A stretch of DNA of 26,978 bases from a virus (taxonomy: Duplodnaviria > Caudoviricetes): positions 1 to 26,978 of the IMG/VR virus record IMGVR_UViG_3300005764_000069. One strand, written 5' to 3'. Position 1 is the first letter of the stretch, and the number at the start of each line of letters is the position of its first letter. The notes below the pieces were generated by a model. It had not been told where the DNA came from, ran no database searches, and saw only the letters and a program-made list of their open reading frames with translations. Position numbers and translations under genes: made by a program. This document shows, in pieces, positions 24,554-26,978 of this stretch.

Positions 24554-26539
24554 ATGCCGAAGCGTTTCCCAAATGGTAACGGCCGTCCCTTCGCCGAGGT
24601 CCTCAACCGGGTCTATGAGATGCCGATCGAGATCGATCGCGCCGCCGAAATAGACACGGAAAAACGCACCGTCGAGCTTTCGATCTCTTCCGATCAACCG
24701 ATCGATCATTGGTTCGGCCGGATCATTCTCGATCACGGCAAAGGATCCGTCCGCCTCGATCGGATGAAATCGGGCGCGCCCTTACTTCTTAATCACTCAG
24801 TGGACCAACAGATCGGCGTCCTCGAAAACGCCCGGCTCGAAGGCGGCAAGCTACGTGCGACCGCGCGCTTCTCGCGCTCGCAACTTGCCGAAGAGATCTT
24901 CCGCGATATTCAGGACGGGATCCGCCGTAACACCTCGGCGGGCTTCATCCTTCACGAGCTCGATCTTGAACAAAAGAGCGACAAGGGCCCGAGCACCTAC
25001 CGGTCAAAAGATTGGGAACCCCTTGAGGCTTCGATCGCCGCGGTGCCGCGCGATATCAGCGTCGGCATAGGCCGCACCCTACGCGCCGAGGGCGACGGGG
25101 AAGAGGACGATCCCGAGGCCGATCCCAAAGACAATCCAACGGACGAAGAGGAAACCGCAGAGCGCGCGCGCCGCGCCGCCAAATCAACGACGCAAGTGAG
25201 GTCAATTATGGAAACAACGCAAACGCCGCCGCCTGCAACGCAACCGAATCCCTTCGTCGCTATGACAGAGCGGACCAACTCTTTCGTCACGTTCGCCGTG
25301 GGCTTCGGCTCGACGGACGAGCGCAAGGCCGAGCTCACGGAGATGGCCCGCGAGTTTGCGCTCACCAACAAGACCGAGACGGAATTCTTTGCCGCGCTCA
25401 ACGAGAAGCGATCCGCGTGGGCCACCGCGCCGCCGCCGCCTGCGGCCCCGCTCGTGACACTCACGGACGGCGAGCGCAAACGCTATTCAATCGCACGGGC
25501 GATCCTCAGCGATGCCAACGCGCGCGATCGTGATTACCGCGGCGAGACCAAATGCTTTGAGCTTGAGATCTCGGAAGAGATCGAACGCAAGCTCGACGCA
25601 CCGGGCGCGAAAAAGCACGGCGGGTTTTACATGCCAACCGGGATCGCGCTTTCGCGCGGGCTTGAGCTTGAGCGCGCAGGCCTCGACACGAAAACGGCGA
25701 CGAAGGGCCAAGAGCTCGTCTTTACTGAGCCCGGATCCTTCATCGAAATGTTACGCAACAAAGCTAAGGTGATGCTCCTTGGCGCGACGGTCCTTCCGGG
25801 CTTGACCGGCAACGTCGCTTTTCCGCGGCAGACCGGCGCGGGGACCTTCGTGTGGGTGGGTGAGAATCCGGGCGCGGACGTTGCCGATTCCAATCTGTTA
25901 CTCGATCAGGTGGTCCTCTCGCCTAAGACCGGGCAAAGCTCGACGAGCTATTCGCGGCAATTACTGCAACAGGGCGTCGCCAACGTCGACGGCCTCGTGC
26001 AAAACGATCTTGTCCAGATCAACGCCTTGGCGATCGATCTGGCGGCGATTCACGGCGGCGGCGCGCCTGCACCGACCGGCCTCTATTCGTTGACCGGCGT
26101 CAACGCCGTGGCGATGGGTGGCGCGATCACTTTCGCCAAGGTGGTCGATATGGAAACCGTGATCGAAGCCAACAACGCGGACGTCGGGACGATGGCTTAC
26201 TTGACCACGCCCGAGATCGGCGGCAAGGCGAAACAAGCGCCGGTCATGGCGAACGTGATCGCCCTTCCGATCTTCGCTAACGGCGAGATGAACGGATACC
26301 GGGCCGAGGTGTCCAACCAAGTGAGCAAAACCCTCGGCGCGGGCACCAACGAGCACGGGATCATTTTCGGCGTGTGGTCTGAGCTCTTGATCGGTGAGTG
26401 GGGCGCACTCGAAATCATCACGGATCCCTATCGCCTGAAAAAACAAGGCATGATCGAAGTAACAAGCTTTGTGATGGTTGACGTTAACGCCCGGCACGCC
26501 AAGGCCTTCTCGAAGGGCACCGGCCTCACTAACACCTAA
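24554..26539 (+). CDS. HK97-type prohead protease fused to major capsid protein
   Basis: Protease motifs LLLNH, SAGF and WEPLEASIAAVP; capsid motifs FIEMLRN, PRQTG, WVGE and GEWGALEIITDPY. Start uncertain (24533 GTG or 24554 ATG). Confidence 0.93.
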   Translation: MPKRFPNGNGRPFAEVLNRVYEMPIEIDRAAEIDTEKRTVELSISSDQPIDHWFGRIILDHGKGSVRLDRMKSGAPLLLNHSVDQQIGVLENARLEGGKLRATARFSRSQLAEEIFRDIQDGIRRNTSAGFILHELDLEQKSDKGPSTYRSKDWEPLEASIAAVPRDISVGIGRTLRAEGDGEEDDPEADPKDNPTDEEETAERARRAAKSTTQVRSIMETTQTPPPATQPNPFVAMTERTNSFVTFAVGFGSTDERKAELTEMAREFALTNKTETEFFAALNEKRSAWATAPPPPAAPLVTLTDGERKRYSIARAILSDANARDRDYRGETKCFELEISEEIERKLDAPGAKKHGGFYMPTGIALSRGLELERAGLDTKTATKGQELVFTEPGSFIEMLRNKAKVMLLGATVLPGLTGNVAFPRQTGAGTFVWVGENPGADVADSNLLLDQVVLSPKTGQSSTSYSRQLLQQGVANVDGLVQNDLVQINALAIDLAAIHGGGAPAPTGLYSLTGVNAVAMGGAITFAKVVDMETVIEANNADVGTMAYLTTPEIGGKAKQAPVMANVIALPIFANGEMNGYRAEVSNQVSKTLGAGTNEHGIIFGVWSELLIGEWGALEIITDPYRLKKQGMIEVTSFVMVDVNARHAKAFSKGTGLTNT

Positions 26540-26626
26540 GCGAGCGAGTGAGGGCGCGGGAGCTCGGGCGCGATGATTAGTCGCCGCGGATTCTTCGAGC
26601 GGCGATATTGGAGGCAAAGACAAAAC

Positions 26627-26881
26627 ATGCCACCCGTAGGCTTTGGCCGTCAGGATAAAACGCGCCGGGTGCGCTTTCGGACCAACGTCTGCTATGCGGG
26701 CACCGATTACGGTCCGGACTATGACGAGGACGAGGCCGAGGTCCCGCTCAATTTTGCGTTTGAGCTCGTCAACGATGGCCGCGCCGAGTTGATCGACGAT
26801 GGCCCGGACGAGGCCGAGATCGACGAGACGATCGGCCGCACGGCCCCGGCGAAAAAGACCGCGACGAAGGGGCGCAAGTAA
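26627..26881 (+). CDS. Small capsid-associated hypothetical protein
   Basis: GGAGG upstream; A.ELV..GRAE motif and a basic tail, typical of the gene after the capsid gene. Confidence 0.65.
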   Translation: MPPVGFGRQDKTRRVRFRTNVCYAGTDYGPDYDEDEAEVPLNFAFELVNDGRAELIDDGPDEAEIDETIGRTAPAKKTATKGRK

Positions 26882-26882
26882 T

Positions 26883-26978
26883 GTGCCGAGTGGATACGAG
26901 AAAGAGGATCTCGAATCGTTCTTTGAGGTGGACGGCGTGGGCGTGCTCGGGCGCATCACCGGTCCCGGCCCGCCACCT
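26883..26978 (+). CDS. 3'-truncated putative head-tail joining protein
   Basis: GTG start; EDLESFFEVD; open to the window end; position after the capsid gene. Confidence 0.45.
   Translation, partial: MPSGYEKEDLESFFEVDGVGVLGRITGPGPPP

Larger units (their letters stand above)
1..26978. mobile_element. Temperate tailed phage genome segment (probably excised/circular form)
   Basis: Endolysin, integrase, replication initiator, terminase, portal and capsid genes in phage order. Phage genes lie on both sides of the attP-like region and no host housekeeping genes are present. Confidence 0.95.

Noticed and set aside
23673-26959. Long antisense ORFs (23673..24497, 25961..26959; also 196..807, 8985..9767, 11282..11974)
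   Set aside because: They are shadows of well-supported genes in GC-rich DNA, with no motifs or RBS.
1-26978. Genome-wide UGA reassignment (genetic code 4/25)
   Set aside because: Many genes end in TGA within ATGA/TGATG couplings, Trp is encoded by TGG, and conserved genes are intact in code 11. Only one internal TGA was found.

Overview
The whole window is part of a GC-rich temperate tailed phage with a lambda-like GpA terminase and portal and an HK97-fold capsid. It reads continuously from tail end through GH25 endolysin, a Cys-rich accessory operon, tRNA-Arg(UCG), attP, tyrosine integrase, a leftward early operon, a divergent pair of ribbon-helix-helix regulators, replication/ParB/nuclease/methyltransferase genes, terminase, portal and a protease-capsid fusion. 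Phage genes flank an apparently intact attP, so this looks like the excised or circular form. Four observations stand out. (1) A small early gene (6226-6531, minus) has an in-frame TGA in a W-[UGA]-Y context, followed by a SECIS-like hairpin: a candidate phage selenoprotein or UGA-recoded gene. (2) The attP core looks like only the anticodon arm of a tRNA-Arg(UCG), with a complete replacement tRNA-Arg(UCG) about 120 bp downstream. (3) A 77-nt three-stem RNA resembles C4/CI antisense RNAs and has flanking complementary targets. (4) A conserved putative late-promoter motif precedes two head genes. All family assignments come from reading motifs by eye; no searches or computations were run.
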